Origin: an uncultured candidate division Zixibacteria bacterium
GTDB taxonomy: Bacteria > Zixibacteria > MSB-5A5 > GN15 > FEB-12
NCBI GenBank assembly: GCA_963735035.1
Contig: CAVTJJ010000004.1
Coordinates: 96,001 to 160,000, forward strand
DNA: 64,000 nt
Reading direction: 5' to 3'
Below the pieces are notes generated by a model. It saw nothing but the letters and a program-made list of their open reading frames with translations, did no database searches and was not told the origin of the DNA. Both the position numbers and the translations under genes were made by a program. This document shows positions 60,901-64,000 of the stretch, one piece after another (the first letter of the stretch is position 1; each line of letters starts with the position of its first letter).

Positions 60901-61064
60901 TTAACAACATCCCCGGCGTGCTCAACACTCTAAACAATTTTGTGGCGGGTTCGCAGAGCTACCAGTCACGGTTTGCAGTCGGCTTTGGCACCAACTTCGT
61001 GGTGCGCGCCGGCAAGCCGTACCAGGCGAACGCCGCGACCTCGGGCACTTTCCCGATTCAGTAG
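48991..61064 (+). CDS. Giant repetitive surface protein (~4,023 aa): 1+22 cadherin/putative-Ig repeats, 15 tandem 97-aa repeats, PKD-like, FN3-like, duplicated C-terminal domain; four indels in the 5' part
   Basis: GGAGG RBS and signal peptide at 48991; the repeat consensus restores frame at ~49180(+1), ~49591(-1), ~49781(+1), ~50186(+1), a net +2 that matches the frame of ORF 50088-61064. Confidence 0.9.
49348..53714 (+). repeat. Intragenic tandem repeat, 15 x 291 bp (97 aa)
   Basis: NDAPVV.DIP.QT.AEGSTFTTI.LD.YV.DVDN...NWNGAETITFTATDPG recurs every 291 bp. Confidence 0.92.
53715..59921 (+). repeat. Intragenic tandem repeat, 22 x ~282 bp (~94 aa)
   Basis: GNQ.PVLAAIG.....E...L.F.V.A.D.D...LP.GA.FVDNGNGTG.F.W.P...QAG.Y...F.ASDG...DSE unit. 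Confidence 0.9.
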
Positions 61065-61120
61065 AGGAATGACCCATGGCTATGAAAAGATTTGAGCTGA
61101 ACATAAACGGAGGTACCGCT

Positions 61121-64000
61121 GTGCGGTTATCTAATAGGATGGTTGGGATAACCTACCGACTCGGGCTGGCTCTGGTGCTGGTTTTGGGGTTGACCGGCTC
61201 TGGGTTCGCTCAGGGGTCGATCTTTGGAACAGTATCCAATTCCAACGCGACTACCCCGGCGAACGGCGAGATTCTCTTTGTCGGATATTTGGACAACACC
61301 GACGAAGAAATCCGGATTGAGAGCGCCGACGGCGCCGGCTATGACGCCGGCAACTGGTTCGACGACTTCCAGAACTATCTCACGGAAGCCCCGGGCAACC
61401 CGTACGATTATCATTTCTATAATGTCGCCAACAACCAGGGCTTTCAGCTTTCCGGATTGATCCCGAACAACTCGTTCCAGCAGGAAAACGTGACTCTTGC
61501 CTCGGTCACCTGGCCGGTTGTGCCGCTTGGTCTGAGCGGCGTCACCGTTTCCAATACCAGCGTGGTGCTGAACTGGACGCGTGTCGCCGGGCTCACCTAT
61601 CACGTTTACCGTAGACTGGCCATCTCCAATGGGTCGTTCTTCCGAATTGACAATACGGCCGGATTGCTGACCAACCCCGGCGTGGCGAACAATTTCTTTG
61701 TAGATAACACCGTCAGCGGCGGCAATTCATACGCTTACATTATTGTAGCTCAGGATCCGTCGGGCAATTTCTCGCCGCATTCGCCGGTCGTTACGGTCAA
61801 TACCGCTGCAGGCGACGCCCCGATTATCACCTCGATAGACCCAACTACCGGTTCGGCTGTCGGCGGAACTCTGGTGACCGTCAACGGTTCAGGTTTCGAT
61901 CCGGCGGGTACGACCGTGCATTTTGGCTTGAACAGCGCCGCCGCCACGGTGATCAGCCCCTTCCAATTGACCGCCGTTACTCCGGCCGGTTCGGTAGGAG
62001 CTGCCATGGATGTGGCCGTGGTAAACACGTCCTCAGGTCTCGTATCCAATACTTTGTTGGGCGCTTTCATCTACGCCGCCAACGCGGCGCCGGTGTTGGC
62101 GACCATTGGCCCTCGCAGTGTGGTGGAAGGTTCCCTCCTGACCTTTACGGCTGCAGCTACCGATGTGGACGGGGTCACTCCGGTAATGACTGCATTAACG
62201 CTTCCTACGGGCGCCACCTATGTCAACAACGGCAACGGCACCGGGACTTTCGCCTGGACGCCGACCTTCACCCAGGCGGGTGTCTATAATGTGACTTTTT
62301 ACGCCACTGACGGCGCGGTGCCGTCAGCAATCGATTCCGAAGCGGTGGTTATTACCGTGACTGATTTTGGCAATCATGCGCCGGTGGTAACTCCGGTAGC
62401 CGAACAAACCGTGGCGGAAGCTCAAACACTGGCGTTTCAGATTACGGCCACCGACTCCGATCTCGATCCGATCACTCTGGTAGCCACTAATCTTCCGACT
62501 AACGCGACTTTCCTGGATAACGCCAATGGCAACGGCAACTTCAGTTTCACTCCCAACTTTATCCAGGCCGGCATTTACGATGTGACCTTCACGGCGACTG
62601 ACCCGGGGCTGGGTGTCGGTACCACGATCGTCCATATCGTTGTCACGAACGTGAATCAGCTCCCCGTTATGATGCCGATCGGCGGGCAGGCCGGTACCGA
62701 AAACGTGTTAATGACTTTCGGGGTTACGGCAAGCGATCCCGACGGAGCTATACCGCTTCTGTCTACGTCCGTCCTCCCCGGTACCGCCGTGTTTGTGGAT
62801 AACCTAAATGGCACGGGATCATTCAGCTGGACACCCAATTTCGCCGGCGCCGGCTCATACAATGTGACTTTCCGGGCCACTGATGCTGCTTTCCCAACCG
62901 CAGTAGATTCGCAAATCGTTACGATAGTCATCGCCGACGCCGGCAATCAGGCGCCAGTTCTGGCCGCTATTGGTCCGCACACGGTAGCTGAGGGTGTCGC
63001 CCTTGATTTCACTGTCACCGCGACCGATTTGGATGCAACCATACCGACATTGCGCGCCGAGAATCTACCGGCCAACGCCACCCTGCTTGACCATGCCGAC
63101 GGCACGGCCTCATTCAGCTTCACACCGAATTACACTCAGGCCGGATCTTACAACGTACTGTTCATCGCTGACGACGGCTTGTTGGCCGACTCGGAGACTG
63201 TCGCGATTACCGTGACCGAGAGCGGCAACGTGGCGCCGGTCTTTGATCCCATAGGCGACTTCACTCTCAATGAGGGTGATTCACTGGTCATTCCGGTGCG
63301 CGTGACCGATCCCGACGGCGGCGCGACTTTCCCGTCTTTGTCGGTAAGCACCACGCTATATCCTTTCACGTTCACCGACAATCATGACGGCACCGGCCGT
63401 CTGGTATACCGCTCGAATTTCTATAGCTCCGGTGTCGATACCATAAACTTCTTCGCCACCGATCACGGCACGCCGCAGCGCACGACTACGGCGATTTCGG
63501 CCGTGACGACGGTCGAAGTCAACCAACCGCCACTGTTCGTGAATATCGCCCCGCTGGGGGCGGTGGTGGATGATTCCCTGGTCTTCATAGTTCAGGCGAG
63601 CGATTCCACCGACCCGGTCGCCAGTCATAGAGTCATTCTGTCGTCTCTAAGCTTGCCGGCCAATGCGACGTTTGTTGATAACGGCGACGGCACCGGCCGG
63701 TTTGCCTTCCATCCCACCGCCACTCAGGTTGGCTTGAATCAGGCCACGTTCCTGGGTGTCGATCAGGGGACCCCGCAGCTTTCTGCCACCATGACCGTAG
63801 ATATAACTGTCGTGACGGAGAATCAGCCACCGGTGCTGACCCCGATCGGCCCGCGAGTGATTACCGAAGGACAGACGCTGACGATCAACCTTTCGGGATC
63901 CGACCCGGACGGCCCAGCTCCGGCGCTTCTGGCCGTCGGGGCCCCGGTAGGCTCCACTTTCGTGGACAACGGTAACGGCACCGCCGTGTTCACCTTCACG
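61121..64000 (+). CDS. Second giant secreted Ig-repeat protein (partial): unknown N-terminal domain, FN3-like, IPT/TIG, cadherin/putative-Ig repeats
   Basis: Not in the ORF track (no stop). GGAGG RBS then GTG at 61121; signal peptide; PIITSIDPTTGSAVGGTLVTVNGSGF (IPT/TIG); DNGNGT repeats in the same frame to the window end. Confidence 0.88.
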   Translation, partial: MRLSNRMVGITYRLGLALVLVLGLTGSGFAQGSIFGTVSNSNATTPANGEILFVGYLDNTDEEIRIESADGAGYDAGNWFDDFQNYLTEAPGNPYDYHFYNVANNQGFQLSGLIPNNSFQQENVTLASVTWPVVPLGLSGVTVSNTSVVLNWTRVAGLTYHVYRRLAISNGSFFRIDNTAGLLTNPGVANNFFVDNTVSGGNSYAYIIVAQDPSGNFSPHSPVVTVNTAAGDAPIITSIDPTTGSAVGGTLVTVNGSGFDPAGTTVHFGLNSAAATVISPFQLTAVTPAGSVGAAMDVAVVNTSSGLVSNTLLGAFIYAANAAPVLATIGPRSVVEGSLLTFTAAATDVDGVTPVMTALTLPTGATYVNNGNGTGTFAWTPTFTQAGVYNVTFYATDGAVPSAIDSEAVVITVTDFGNHAPVVTPVAEQTVAEAQTLAFQITATDSDLDPITLVATNLPTNATFLDNANGNGNFSFTPNFIQAGIYDVTFTATDPGLGVGTTIVHIVVTNVNQLPVMMPIGGQAGTENVLMTFGVTASDPDGAIPLLSTSVLPGTAVFVDNLNGTGSFSWTPNFAGAGSYNVTFRATDAAFPTAVDSQIVTIVIADAGNQAPVLAAIGPHTVAEGVALDFTVTATDLDATIPTLRAENLPANATLLDHADGTASFSFTPNYTQAGSYNVLFIADDGLLADSETVAITVTESGNVAPVFDPIGDFTLNEGDSLVIPVRVTDPDGGATFPSLSVSTTLYPFTFTDNHDGTGRLVYRSNFYSSGVDTINFFATDHGTPQRTTTAISAVTTVEVNQPPLFVNIAPLGAVVDDSLVFIVQASDSTDPVASHRVILSSLSLPANATFVDNGDGTGRFAFHPTATQVGLNQATFLGVDQGTPQLSATMTVDITVVTENQPPVLTPIGPRVITEGQTLTINLSGSDPDGPAPALLAVGAPVGSTFVDNGNGTAVFTFT

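Noticed and set aside
1..64000. rRNA, tRNA, tmRNA, RNase P RNA, prophage, integrase or IS transposase
   Set aside because: No diagnostic motifs seen by eye; a covariance-model scan would be needed to exclude divergent small RNAs.

Overview
GC-rich bacterial chromosomal window. The protein families (many PNPFNP-type C-terminal sorting domains, Cys-containing dockerin-like domains) suggest an FCB-group organism, most plausibly candidate phylum Zixibacteria; this is inference, not a database result. Layout: (i) 1-15.6 kb, mixed housekeeping and accessory genes (4Fe-4S protein, Crp/Fnr regulator, hflX, a BglII-like REase + MT-A70 MTase cassette bracketed by a 21-bp direct repeat, a catalytically dead M1-peptidase homologue, M24 peptidase-NUDIX-MurJ, glucuronyl C5-epimerase) interspersed with several REP-like palindrome families. 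(ii) 15.9-25.5 kb, the origin-proximal cluster rpmH-rnpA-yidD-yidC-mnmE-mnmG-rsmG-parA-parB-M23-bactofilin with two parS sites, followed by a DnaA-box cluster (oriC candidate); dnaA is not in the window. (iii) 25.9-38.4 kb, moxR...DUF58 split by an orphan MTase-SNase fusion and iaaA, then secreted and lipoprotein genes. (iv) 38.7-64 kb, a co-directional surface-protein locus: four secreted proteins each carrying both cohesin-like and dockerin-like modules with no recognisable enzyme domain, three of them preceded by long structured leaders, then a ~4,020-aa Ig-repeat giant and a second giant running off the window. This locus is the best candidate for an undescribed system (a non-cellulosomal cohesin-dockerin surface assembly). 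Several single-base frameshifts (mnmE, rsmG, 47.5 kb, 49.2-50.2 kb) look like consensus errors. No rRNA, tRNA, CRISPR array, integrase or transposase was seen.
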